Shown: positions 1-8,530, numbered from the stretch's first letter. The stretch is DNA of 41,731 nt from Dehalococcoidia bacterium (GCA_022821365.1 JAJEDS010000210.1:1-41731), one strand, 5' to 3'. Translations and numbers: made by a program. Notes: generated by a model from the sequence alone, not told the origin.

Positions 1-2
1 GC

Positions 3-266
3 CTGCGCCAACTGGCCGAGCAGATTGCCGACGACTGGACCGTCGCTGCCGCCGAAAAGGAACCGCTCCCCAATCCACTCCAGGTGGTCCGGCGCGTCGC
101 CCGCGAGGGCCATGTCCTCAAGACCTACATGAACCTGAACCAGTATGTCCAGCGGTGCATTGACCAGGGAAGATGTCTGGAAGCCCCGCAAATCGTCCTG
201 GCCCTGCTCCCCTGGGCCTGGGACCACCGCTACGACGACATCCTCTACGGCGAAATCCCCGCGTAA
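3..266 (+). CDS. hypothetical protein, C-terminal fragment (5' end outside window)
   Basis: Frame 3 is open from the window edge to TAA 264-266. The track ORF 84..266 is only its internal GTG-initiated part. No motif recognised. Confidence 0.3.
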   Translation: MRQLAEQIADDWTVAAAEKEPLPNPLQVVRRVAREGHVLKTYMNLNQYVQRCIDQGRCLEAPQIVLALLPWAWDHRYDDILYGEIPA

Positions 267-378
267 CCTGCTAAGGCTCCTGTAGGGGCGGTCCTTTGTG
301 TCCTTCGTGGACAGAAAAGAGAGAACAGCGAAAACTAAGACGTGATTACCCTGGACCACGGAACTGCCCGGTAGATAG

Positions 379-416
379 GCCGGGCGTGATGGTATATGCC
401 GGGCGTGATGGTATAT
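379..416. repeat. perfect 19-bp tandem duplication GCCGGGCGTGATGGTATAT x2
   Basis: Copies at 379-397 and 398-416 are identical. The second runs into TATATAAT (-10-like box at 414-419). Confidence 0.9.
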
Positions 417-495
417 AATGATGCCGCTTCGGAATCCGCTGCCCGGTGAACGGGTTGGCGGTCTTACATTGCCTCCGGGGCAAGGGAACAGGAAA

Positions 496-1263
496 ATGGA
501 GCAATCGGAACACCAGCCCCTGTACGCAGCGAAAGACCGGGTGCCGTTCAACCTGACCCTGGTGCTGGCCCTGGGTATCGCGGGGTGGGGGCTGGCGGGA
601 TTAATCGGGATTCTCCCGCCACCGGGGAACCCGGAAATGATAATTGTCCTGGGGCTGGCGGTTACGGCCTATACCTGGCTGTTTACGCCCAAGGAGTACA
701 TGGTCTATAACGACGCGGTGTGCGTGGCCTACGGCAAGCCCCGGGTGAAGACCATCCACTTCAGCAACATTGCCGTGGTGGAAATGGGGTCGCCGGTCTC
801 CATTGACCAGTTGCGTATCCGCCCCATAAAGGGCCGCCGCCAGTCCATAAGAGTAAGGGACCCGGAGACCTTCTACGACCAGTTGGAAACGGCCCTGAAC
901 GCCTACCGGGCCGCCCACCCCGAGGAGGATATTTCCTACGAGTTATCCGGGCGGCATCCCGCGGCGGTGGTTGAAGGCGAAGCCGTGGAGATGGTTGAAG
1001 GCGAAGCCGTGGAAATGGTTGACGCCGACGCTGACGCGAAACCTGAAGCCGCGCAGGCCGAGGACGTCGTGCCGGAGGAGTCTTTCCCGGAAGACGGCTG
1101 GTCCGAAGACAGCGCAGAGATAGAGGACACGCCGGTGGACCAGCCAGTGGCGGAAGTGTCGGAGCCTCAGGAGGACGGGGAGACGGCTGCGGAAGCGGAC
1201 GGGGAGACGGCATCTGAAGAGCAGGAGAAGCCCCAGGAGCCTGGGGGCCGGAGCTTCTACTGA
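496..1263 (+). CDS. membrane protein with bacterial PH-like domain and acidic low-complexity C-terminal tail
   Basis: Track ORF 418..1263. ATG 418 overlaps the TATAAT-like box, so ATG 496 (AGGAAA just upstream) is preferred. Two hydrophobic helices, then a PH-like beta region, then an E/D/A-rich tail with a 24-bp in-frame tandem repeat (968-1015, VEGEAVEM x2). Confidence 0.55.
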   Translation: MEQSEHQPLYAAKDRVPFNLTLVLALGIAGWGLAGLIGILPPPGNPEMIIVLGLAVTAYTWLFTPKEYMVYNDAVCVAYGKPRVKTIHFSNIAVVEMGSPVSIDQLRIRPIKGRRQSIRVRDPETFYDQLETALNAYRAAHPEEDISYELSGRHPAAVVEGEAVEMVEGEAVEMVDADADAKPEAAQAEDVVPEESFPEDGWSEDSAEIEDTPVDQPVAEVSEPQEDGETAAEADGETASEEQEKPQEPGGRSFY

Positions 1264-1349
1264 CACTTTGTAACAATCTCAGAACTGTCGGCCAAGCTCG
1301 CAGCTTCTGATCAGGAATGAGACTTAGCTAGTCGCCACCCCCATCCTGG

Positions 1350-1374
1350 CCTTTCCCCTTTGTTGGGGGAAGGG
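1350..1374. terminator. GC-rich hairpin (CCTTTCCCC..GGGGAAGGG type) between convergent genes
   Basis: Imperfect inverted repeat between the stop at 1263 (+) and the stop at 1396 (-). Same hairpin type as 31603-31629. Confidence 0.4.
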
Positions 1375-1395
1375 ACGTTTACAAAGGATTCCCGA

Positions 1396-2040
1396 CTACA
1401 CCCTCTGTTCCAATTCCTCGTACACCGGGCGCGCCATCTCGAATACATCGGCGGTGTGGCAGTACATGCTGCCGGCCAGGCGGCCGGTGGGCTTCAGCAG
1501 CTGGTGATTGATGCGGTGACCGTTTATCAGGTCGTCGCGGATGTGCATGTAGATAACTTCGCCGATGACCAGGCCGTGGCCGGTGGCGGGGTCCCTTCCC
1601 AAGTCCACCACCTGCTTGAGGCGGCACTCCATGTTGACGGGGGACTCGGCCACCCGGGGGGCCTTCACCTTCACCGAGGGGGCCTCGGTCAGGCCGGCTA
1701 CCTCGAACTCGTTGACCTCCACGGGGAACTCGGCGGCGGTCTTGTTCATGGCCTCGGCAATGTCGTCCACCACCACGTTGACCACAAACTCGCCCGTTTC
1801 CTCCACGTTGGTCAGGGTATCCTTGGCCTTGGAACCGGCGCGGCGGGATGACGAGAAGACGATGGTGGGCGGGTCGGAGGCGACGGCGTTGAAAAAGGAG
1901 TAGGGGGCCAGGTTGACGATGCCATCGGTGGAAATGGTGGAGACAAAGGCGATGGGACGAGGGACGACCACGCCGGTGAGGACGCGGTAGAAGTTGTGCT
2001 CAAAGGTGTTGGGGTCGATCTGCAAGGCGGCACCTCTCAA
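1396..2040 (-). CDS. flavin reductase-like FMN-binding (split-barrel) family protein
   Basis: PRPIAFVSTIS...NLAPYSFFN...PPTIVFS pattern typical of the flavin reductase domain family. TTG start at 2040, or TTG at 2025 with GAGG 7 nt upstream. Confidence 0.8.
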   Translation of the reverse strand: MRGAALQIDPNTFEHNFYRVLTGVVVPRPIAFVSTISTDGIVNLAPYSFFNAVASDPPTIVFSSSRRAGSKAKDTLTNVEETGEFVVNVVVDDIAEAMNKTAAEFPVEVNEFEVAGLTEAPSVKVKAPRVAESPVNMECRLKQVVDLGRDPATGHGLVIGEVIYMHIRDDLINGHRINHQLLKPTGRLAGSMYCHTADVFEMARPVYEELEQRV

Positions 2041-2063
2041 GGGCTCAGGCTGTCCCAGATATT

Positions 2064-2140
2064 AACATGGATGGACAGGATGCACAGGATGATGGACGTG
2101 AAATTCCAGGAAAATCCTGTATATCCTGTCCATCCATGTT
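2064..2140. repeat. ACAGGAT-heptad inverted-repeat element (family B)
   Basis: Arms AACATGGATGGACAGGATGCACAGGAT (2064-2090) and ATCCTGTATATCCTGTCCATCCATGTT (2114-2140) are 25/27 complementary with a 23-bp spacer. Lies in the divergent promoter region. Confidence 0.85.
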
Positions 2141-2151
2141 TGGAGCCGTTT

Positions 2152-2180
2152 TTGACTTTCAGGGGTATTGCTGATAATTT
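2152..2180 (+). promoter_or_regulatory. candidate sigma70-type promoter for the ComDE-like operon 1
   Basis: TTGACT at 2152-2157, then a GATAAT/TAATTT box 15-17 nt downstream. About 55 nt upstream of ATG 2232. Confidence 0.35.
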
Positions 2181-2231
2181 AGCACTGCCCTTTTCAGGTA
2201 CAAATCGGGGCTTGGGAGACAGGAAACGGCT

Positions 2232-2738
2232 ATGGCGTGGAACGACATTATCGTTGACTCACTGAAGAAGTGGGACACATCCCTGGTGGCCTACGTGCCC
2301 GACATTTCCATTGACCGGGTTACCACTTTGATAGACGAAGACCCCTATTTCCACCTGGTGTCGGCCACGCGGGAGGAAGAGGCCATCGGCGTGGCCGTGG
2401 GCGCCTATGCCACGGGGCGGAACTCGGCGGTGTTCATGCAGTCCAGCGGGTTCGGCAACAGCATCAACGCCATCGCCAGCCTGTGCATACCGGCCCGCAC
2501 GCCCATTCCCATCTTCCTGAACCTGCGGGGCGGGCCCGGGGAGTTCAACATTGCCCAGGTGCCGATGGGACGGGCCACCCGTCCTATCCTGGACACCTTC
2601 GGCCTGGTGCACTTCACCCTGGAAGACGAGTACAACATGGAGAAGATAGTGGATGGCGCGCTGAAGCTGTGCCACGCCAACCGCCAGCCGGTGGCCATCT
2701 GCATGACCCAACTGCTGCACGGAGGCAAACTTGCTTAG
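2232..2738 (+). CDS. split TPP-dependent decarboxylase, alpha (pyrimidine-binding) subunit, sulfopyruvate/phosphonopyruvate decarboxylase ComD-like
   Basis: 168 aa. Catalytic-Glu context SATREEEAIGVAVGAYATG. Size and layout of the ComD-type N-terminal TPP domain. The beta subunit overlaps its stop. Confidence 0.7.
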   Translation: MAWNDIIVDSLKKWDTSLVAYVPDISIDRVTTLIDEDPYFHLVSATREEEAIGVAVGAYATGRNSAVFMQSSGFGNSINAIASLCIPARTPIPIFLNLRGGPGEFNIAQVPMGRATRPILDTFGLVHFTLEDEYNMEKIVDGALKLCHANRQPVAICMTQLLHGGKLA

Positions 2739-3294
2739 GTTCGAAGCTACCCAAATGCTGCTGCGCCACATCGGCAACCTTCCCATCGTAAGCAACCTGG
2801 GGCCGACCACGGATGAACTGTGGCACGCGGGGCACCGGGACCGGAATTTCTACACCTACGGGAACATGGGGCTGTGTTCGTCCATTGCCCTGGGCATGGC
2901 CGTGTCCACCGAGGAGAAGGTGGTTTCGCTGGACGGCGACGGTTCGCTGCTGATGAACCTGGGCACCATTGCAACCATCGGCCGGGAGCAGCCCAGGAAC
3001 CTGGTGGTGGTGGTCTGGGACAACGAGCAGTGGGCCCAGACGGGCCACCAGTCGAGCCACACGGCCTTCGGCACCGACCTGGAGCAGGTGGCCCAGAGTT
3101 GCAGCATTCCCCGCACGACCACGGTTGATAACCTGGAGGACCTGGAAGCGGCCTTCTGCGAGGCGCTGGAGCAGGACGGCCCCTGGTTCATCGTGGCGAA
3201 GATTGAGGAGACGGAGTATATGCCCGTTGCGCCCATCGAACCGGAGATGACGCTGTACCGGTTCCGGGAGAGCTTCGGGGCCAGCGGGGTGTAG
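2731..3294 (+). CDS. split TPP-dependent decarboxylase, beta (pyrophosphate-binding) subunit, ComE-like
   Basis: 187 aa. Canonical TPP/Mg motif LDGDGSLLMN...VVVWDNEQW. TTG start 5 nt after GGAGG, overlapping the alpha stop by 8 nt. Confidence 0.7.
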   Translation: MLRFEATQMLLRHIGNLPIVSNLGPTTDELWHAGHRDRNFYTYGNMGLCSSIALGMAVSTEEKVVSLDGDGSLLMNLGTIATIGREQPRNLVVVVWDNEQWAQTGHQSSHTAFGTDLEQVAQSCSIPRTTTVDNLEDLEAAFCEALEQDGPWFIVAKIEETEYMPVAPIEPEMTLYRFRESFGASGV

Positions 3295-3309
3295 AGTCTT
3301 ACCCCAGCC

Positions 3310-3609
3310 ATGGAGGTTGAGTTCAGCACGGGCCGGTTGGAAAGGTGTTACTTAGACGTCAGGGAAGGCACGCGGGAATGGGGACATGCAGTGGCTAGAA
3401 GGTATGTTGAAAGGATAAATATTATTTATTCATCGTCAACACTTAGTGACTTATACCAGCACAGACCCTGGCGATTCCACCGGCTACACGGCAGATATGC
3501 TGGTATGTTTGCTTTAACATTGACTGGACGCTACAGGCTAATTGTGGGCCAAGGAGCAACGGAAAGCCAGGTTGTAATTTACGAGGTGACTAATCATTAT
3601 GACGACTAA
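3310..3609 (+). CDS. higB: HigB-like (RelE superfamily, plasmid-maintenance killer) toxin
   Basis: 99 aa. Pattern ..LERCY...WG..VARRY..R...I....L.DL......RFHRLHG...G.FAL.L.G.YRLI...YEV.NHY matches the HigB killer-protein family. AT-richer than its flanks. Confidence 0.75.
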   Translation: MEVEFSTGRLERCYLDVREGTREWGHAVARRYVERINIIYSSSTLSDLYQHRPWRFHRLHGRYAGMFALTLTGRYRLIVGQGATESQVVIYEVTNHYDD

Positions 3610-3886
3610 GTCCGGTCGCTTGTATTCAAACATTGCGATTCCTCCCGGCGAATCTCTACAGGAGGAAACAGAGTTTAGAGGCATTTCAGCGCAGACACTG
3701 GCTGACAGTTGTGGAAAGTCGGTAGACGAAATCAAGGATATTTTCCGAGGCGCTAAGGAAATCACTCCGGAATTTGCCGCCGCGTTGGAGCAGGTAGTAA
3801 CAGGCATCGGGGCCTACATCTGGCTGGGACTGGAAGAGGACTACCAGGAAACCCTGCGCCGGGTTGGAGAAAGCCGGCCGGAGTGA
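3599..3886 (+). CDS. higA: HigA-family HTH antitoxin
   Basis: 95 aa. PPGESLQEE.E.RGIS.Q.LA...G.S...I..I..G...IT.E.A..LE is a HigA-type XRE helix-turn-helix. Overlaps higB by 11 nt, in toxin-first HigBA order. Confidence 0.75.
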   Translation: MTTKSGRLYSNIAIPPGESLQEETEFRGISAQTLADSCGKSVDEIKDIFRGAKEITPEFAAALEQVVTGIGAYIWLGLEEDYQETLRRVGESRPE

Positions 3887-3977
3887 TCCTCCAAGCGGTT
3901 CTGCCGCTTCATACACATAAGAGCCGGAAAGAAAACAACGGGCATCCGGCAGCCCACCCGCCTGGCAGGAGGCGACA

Positions 3978-4250
3978 GTGCCGCAGCCTACTCCCGTTGA
4001 GATAATTGACACGGTGCAGATTTTTATTGCCGAGTACCTGGAGCGGCCGCCGGAGGAGTTGATTTACGAGTACGACCCCGGCGTGCGCTGCGACGACGCC
4101 TTTCCCGATGTTGACGATATGGACCGGGATGTATGGCGAGTCCACATCCGCAACGCCTTCCCAGAAGATGACGGCTTTCGCATTAACATTGCGGAGCGGC
4201 TGTATGACAAGTACGGCATTATCGCCGAGGTGGAACTGGCCTGGCGGTAG
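3978..4250 (+). CDS. small acidic hypothetical protein
   Basis: GTG start 5 nt after AGGAGG. 90 aa, Asp/Glu-rich, no motif recognised. Sits 25 nt upstream of retropepsin-like gene 1. Confidence 0.5.
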   Translation: MPQPTPVEIIDTVQIFIAEYLERPPEELIYEYDPGVRCDDAFPDVDDMDRDVWRVHIRNAFPEDDGFRINIAERLYDKYGIIAEVELAWR

Positions 4251-4275
4251 GGCGGAAGGATGATAGAATATCGCC

Positions 4276-4683
4276 ATGTTGCAAGTACCTAAGAAGAGAT
4301 ACATTGAAAAGGGGCAAAACGTGGGAGTGTTCGACGTTCTGTTGGGTGTGGGGGGGCCTGGGGAGGGGGAATTGACCTACGTTTCAGCTTCCGTTGACAC
4401 TGGCGCGATACACTCAATGCTCCCAGAAGCCTTGTTGCGCCGGCTCGGTGTTACTTCGATAGAGCGATTCGGCTACACTTTGGCGGACGGCAGCGTGGTC
4501 GAGTATGACTTCGGGATGGCCCGATTTGGACTTGAAGGCCATCCGGAACGCTATTGCCCCGTGATTTTGGGCGCTGATGGTCAGCATCTGGTAGGCGCCA
4601 CCACGCTGGAGTTCTTCAACCTGATGGTCGATCCGGTGGACGGCGCCTTAATCCGCCGGGTACCTCGCGCAAGGCCTTTCTAG
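4276..4683 (+). CDS. retropepsin-like (clan AA) aspartic mini-protease, paralog 1
   Basis: VDTGA active-site motif and C-terminal LVGATTLEFFNLMVDP..RARP shared with the ORFs at 17995..18393 and 22603..22962. Alternative GTG start at 4321 (AAGGGG upstream) gives an N-terminus matching paralog 3. Confidence 0.7.
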   Translation: MLQVPKKRYIEKGQNVGVFDVLLGVGGPGEGELTYVSASVDTGAIHSMLPEALLRRLGVTSIERFGYTLADGSVVEYDFGMARFGLEGHPERYCPVILGADGQHLVGATTLEFFNLMVDPVDGALIRRVPRARPF

Positions 4684-4734
4684 CCACTGTAGCTACCCCT
4701 TAACGCTACTGATACCTCTCCTTGGAGGTCCACT

Positions 4735-5847
4735 ATGCCCGCCACCTATCGCGCCGATCACGTGGGAAGCCTGCTGCGGCCTTCCCGTATCCACGAAACC
4801 AGGTCCGCCCTGGGAGAAGGCAGGGTAGGCCCGGACGAACTGCGAGCCGTGGAAGACCAGGCCATTCTCGAGGCCCTGGAAGGACAGCGGGCAGCGGGCC
4901 TGGAAGTTTTTACCGACGGCGAGTTTCGCCGCACCGGATTCCAGAACGACCTGATTGAGAGCGTTGAAGGGTTTGTGGACACCGACACGCCGGCGGTGGT
5001 GCGGGTGTGGCAGGGGCCTGGCGGCGAGCCGTCCGAGCAGGGCACACGGCAAGTGGTGGGCGGGAAACTGACCAGGGTGCGAAGCCTGACGGGACACCAG
5101 CGCGAGTTTCTGCAGGCCCACGCGCCCGGGCCGGTCAAGATGACGCTACCCAGCCCCAGCCAGTTTCCGGCTATCAGTTTCCAGCCGGGGCTGTCCGACC
5201 GGTTCTATCCCACCCGGTCCGAACTGCTTTGGGAGATTGCCGGGATAATCAAGTCGGAGATAGGGGAACTGCTGGAGGCGGGGGTGGACTACATCCAGAT
5301 GGACGCGCCCCGCTACAGTTACTACGTGGACCCCCGGTGGCGGCAGCACCTTCAGCAACTGGGGGAAGACCCGGACCGGATGTTTGCGGAGGCCGTTGAG
5401 GCCGACAACTTCTGCCTGGAGGGAGCGCAACGGCCGGAGGCTACCATCGCAATGCACATCTGCCGGGGCAACAACCAGAGCAAGTGGTACGCCGAGGGCG
5501 GCTACGAGGCCATCGCCGAGCGGCTGTTCAACACCCTGCCGGTGGACCGGTTCCTGCTGGAGTACGACACGGAACGGGCCGGCACCTTTGAGCCGCTGCG
5601 TTTCATGCCGCCCGACAAAATGGTGGTCCTGGGGCTGATCAGCAGCAAGGACCCGGCGCAGGAATCGCCGGACTACATCCTGGCGCGGATCGAGGAGGCC
5701 AGCAGGTACGTGCCCCTGGAAAACCTGGCCCTGAGTCCCCAATGCGGTTTTGCCTCCACGGCCGCGGGGAACCTGCTGACGGAAGAGGAGCAGTGGCGTA
5801 AGCTGGAACTGGTGGCGGAGATAAGGCGGCAGGTCTGGGGGGATTAG
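4735..5847 (+). CDS. cobalamin-independent methionine synthase (MetE C-terminal domain)-like methyltransferase
   Basis: 370 aa. N-terminal DHVGSLLRP and FTDGEFRR, later HICRGN, as in the MetE-like/COG0620 family. GGAGG before the ATG. Confidence 0.7.
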   Translation: MPATYRADHVGSLLRPSRIHETRSALGEGRVGPDELRAVEDQAILEALEGQRAAGLEVFTDGEFRRTGFQNDLIESVEGFVDTDTPAVVRVWQGPGGEPSEQGTRQVVGGKLTRVRSLTGHQREFLQAHAPGPVKMTLPSPSQFPAISFQPGLSDRFYPTRSELLWEIAGIIKSEIGELLEAGVDYIQMDAPRYSYYVDPRWRQHLQQLGEDPDRMFAEAVEADNFCLEGAQRPEATIAMHICRGNNQSKWYAEGGYEAIAERLFNTLPVDRFLLEYDTERAGTFEPLRFMPPDKMVVLGLISSKDPAQESPDYILARIEEASRYVPLENLALSPQCGFASTAAGNLLTEEEQWRKLELVAEIRRQVWGD

Positions 5848-5929
5848 CGGTTCCGGTTTGGGCCATTTCAGGGCGTAAAGGCGTCTAAATTAAAGCAGAA
5901 GTGGGATGTTCATTTGACAACATTGCGCC

Positions 5930-6375
5930 GGTCCTACGCCACCGGTGCAGGGGTTATTCGCGAATAACCCCACGCAAGCGGGCTGCGCCGCCAATGGTTG
6001 CCGGGATTCCATTCGAGAGCGACTAATGGCGATTCAGGGCGCCAGCGGCAGGATTCAACCTCAAAATGCGCTTCCCAGCCTGGCTTTGGGTTAGAGCTAC
6101 GCCGGTACACTTGAGATGGAAGTAGTGTGGCCACGAGACTGCCGAAGGCCCAAAAGTTCTTGCCCAGAGTCTGATTTCGTTCCCGAGAGCCGGCTTGTGG
6201 GAAGGATTCTTGATCCTTCACTCTGTTCAGGATAACAGACTGGGTGGCTTGAACAGTATTCAAGCCGAAGAGGGTTCTGGATACCCGCTTTCGCCGGTAT
6301 GACGACCGTGCGAATTGCTTGATTCGCAGCATAAAGCAGCAGGCCCGGCTGGCAATCAGCCGGGCCCTTTCTATT
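5930..6375. repeat. about 450-bp non-coding tract densely packed with short palindromes / REP-like hairpins
   Basis: Includes perfect 22-bp palindrome GGGGTTATTCGCGAATAACCCC (5953-5974), GAAGGAT..ATCCTTC, GCGAAT..ATTCGC, CTGGATACCCGCTTTCGCCGGTATGAC (6277-6304, related copy at 9318-9342) and GGCCCGGCTG..CAGCCGGGCC (6343-6371). Track ORFs here have junk-like composition. Confidence 0.7.
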
Positions 6376-6419
6376 CACCCGTTAGTGGACATTTGTGTCC
6401 ATTCGGGGATTGTGAAGCT

Positions 6420-7214
6420 CTAGCCCTTGAGGTGCTGGTTGAAGAAGCCGAGGGTGCGGGCCCAGGCGTCTTCGGCTGCCTCGGCGTGGTAGCTGTCGCG
6501 CTCGTCGCAGTTGAAGCCGTGGCCGGCGCCGGCGTACATCTTGAAGTCATAGCTGACGCCGGCGGCATCAAGCCTCGCCTCAATCGTCTCCACATCAGCC
6601 GGCGACGGGTTGCCGTCCTGGTCACCGAACTGGCCCATCAGGGGAATCTTGATGTTGCCGGTCAGGTCTATGGGCGCGGGGTTGTCGTCGCCGAAGGGCA
6701 CCAGGACCCGTCCGGGGTAGTAGGCCACGGCGGCATCCAGGCGGGGGCAACTGGTGGCCGCCAGGTAGGTAATGCGGCCGCCGACACAGTAGCCGACGAT
6801 GCCGACCTTCTGACCTGCGGTGCGGTTATAGGGGGTGCGATTGTCACCGCCCAAAATGTAGTTCACCGTCTCGTTGATGTCGGTTACAATTTCCTCATCG
6901 TTCATGACGGACATATAGTTTATGCCGGCCTGCATGTCTTCGGGACTGTAGCCGAGCTTGGGGTTGGGATGCTCGCGGTGGAACAGGGCCGGTGCGACGG
7001 CAACGTAACCGTTGGCGGCGAACCGGTCGCACACCTTCTGGATATGCTCGTTGACGCCAAAAATCTCCTGGATGACGATGACGGCGGGCCAACTGACACC
7101 CTCGCTGGGGGCGGGATGGCTGACATAGGCAACCATGTCCAGGCCCTGGTAGCCGTGCATATCGTCAAATCCGCGGTCACCACCGAACCTTAGATTCTCC
7201 CAAAACGATGGCAT
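6420..7214 (-). CDS. dienelactone hydrolase family protein
   Basis: GIVGYCVGG nucleophile-Cys motif and IVIQEIFGVN..H. Start moved to ATG 7214 (GGAGGAGG upstream). The longer track ORF to 7436 has an implausible N-terminus. Confidence 0.8.
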   Translation of the reverse strand: MPSFWENLRFGGDRGFDDMHGYQGLDMVAYVSHPAPSEGVSWPAVIVIQEIFGVNEHIQKVCDRFAANGYVAVAPALFHREHPNPKLGYSPEDMQAGINYMSVMNDEEIVTDINETVNYILGGDNRTPYNRTAGQKVGIVGYCVGGRITYLAATSCPRLDAAVAYYPGRVLVPFGDDNPAPIDLTGNIKIPLMGQFGDQDGNPSPADVETIEARLDAAGVSYDFKMYAGAGHGFNCDERDSYHAEAAEDAWARTLGFFNQHLKG

Positions 7215-7490
7215 AATGCTTCCTCCTCCTGTCACATTTCTAGCCATTCTCGGATTGCCCTGGCGGTCTGCCGGAACCCGGCGCCTGCCGTGGGGTTCAG
7301 CCGCCGTATCAGCTACAACCTGCCTACCTGATTGCGTCGGGCTTAACGCGGCGATTGTAGCAAAGGAACCGAGGTAAGACAAGCGGTGAAATGACGGGAC
7401 ACCTTCTACGAAGAAACACGAACAGGCAGGAACCAAGCCCTTTGCGAAATATCGGGAATCAGCATGAATGGAACGGACTTACCAATAAAC

Positions 7491-7530
7491 AAAAGCAAGG
7501 GCGCACGGCTTATCGTGCGCCCTTTTTCGT
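7491..7530. terminator. bidirectional rho-independent terminator
   Basis: 9-bp stem GGGCGCACG/CGTGCGCCC (7499-7507 / 7514-7522) flanked by an A-run and a T-run. Directly downstream of the minus-strand MBL gene. Confidence 0.7.
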
Positions 7531-7553
7531 TCAAGTTCCAGAGTTGACTCAGC

Positions 7554-8426
7554 TTACAGGGACTGCCAGACGCGCTTGCCGCCCTCGGTTGCCACGCGGC
7601 CTATCTGCTGGCCCGGGGGGAAGTGGCCGGCGCAGACAACCCAGCCCTCGCTCTCGGCCTTGTCCAGCAGGGCTTCGCGGTTGGCCTGGCTGGCGGCCTT
7701 GTCGTAGTCTACGGACGCGCACCAACTGGGCTCGGAGACCTGGGCGATGCAGTGGAGCAGGTCGCCCACCAGCATGGCCTTTTCGCCGCCGGAGTTGACC
7801 AGCACCACCTGGTGGCCGGGGGTGTGGCCCACGGCCGGCATGGTGGAGATGCCGTCGGTTACCTCGTATTCGCCCTCAACGATCTGCTGCAGGCGCAGGC
7901 GGCGCAGGGGCATAATCTGCTGCTGCACGTGGGGGTTCTGTTCAAGGATTTCCGGCTGAGTGTAGTAGTCGTAGTCGTCCTTGGGGATGATGTAGCGGGC
8001 GCGGCGGAAGTTGGGAGCCGGCATACCGCCGGAGTAGCGCAGGTTCCAGCCCACGTGGTCGGCGTGCAGGTGGGTATGAATGACGTAGTTGACCTGGTCC
8101 GACGGGGAGACGTTGGTGTTGTGGATGTCCACGTTGGGTGGCAGCATCACGGGCCGCAGTTCCTCGTACAGGTTGCCCACCACGTTGCCCCGCGAGGGAT
8201 GGGGTCCAGGGCCCATGCCGGTATCCACCAGCACGGTGTGGTTTTCGGAGCGCACCACGAAAACGCCGTAGTAAAGCTGAAGCTGGCCGTTTTCCAGCAC
8301 ATCCTGGTAATCGGCCCAGGCGCTGTCGGGCACGTCGGGGAACATGGCCGAAGTAGGCCGCGGCGGCGGGACCATGTCTATAACGGCGGTGATTTCGTAA
8401 CTACCGACAGTAGTCTTATCTGCCAT
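7554..8426 (-). CDS. MBL-fold metallo-hydrolase
   Basis: HTHLHADHVGW zinc motif. GGGAGG upstream of ATG 8426. Confidence 0.85.
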   Translation of the reverse strand: MADKTTVGSYEITAVIDMVPPPRPTSAMFPDVPDSAWADYQDVLENGQLQLYYGVFVVRSENHTVLVDTGMGPGPHPSRGNVVGNLYEELRPVMLPPNVDIHNTNVSPSDQVNYVIHTHLHADHVGWNLRYSGGMPAPNFRRARYIIPKDDYDYYTQPEILEQNPHVQQQIMPLRRLRLQQIVEGEYEVTDGISTMPAVGHTPGHQVVLVNSGGEKAMLVGDLLHCIAQVSEPSWCASVDYDKAASQANREALLDKAESEGWVVCAGHFPPGQQIGRVATEGGKRVWQSL

Positions 8427-8530
8427 AAATTTTCCTCCCTGTAAGCTTTCTTTGGTTTTTCAGTTGCCGGAGCGGTGATTCCGTACCGGCCAGCGCGCCC
8501 CGGATTTCCAGCCAGGGGCTGCCTTTTTGC

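Noticed and set aside
4684-4734. Cobalamin or SAM riboswitch upstream of the MetE-like gene
   Set aside because: The spacer is only 51 nt and contains just an RBS, which is too short for any known riboswitch.
5934-6378. Track ORFs 5934..6332 (-) and 6097..6378 (-)
   Set aside because: They are translations of stacked palindromic repeats (for example VIPAKAGIQ from the CCGGCGAAAGCGGGTATCC hairpin). No RBS and junk-like composition.
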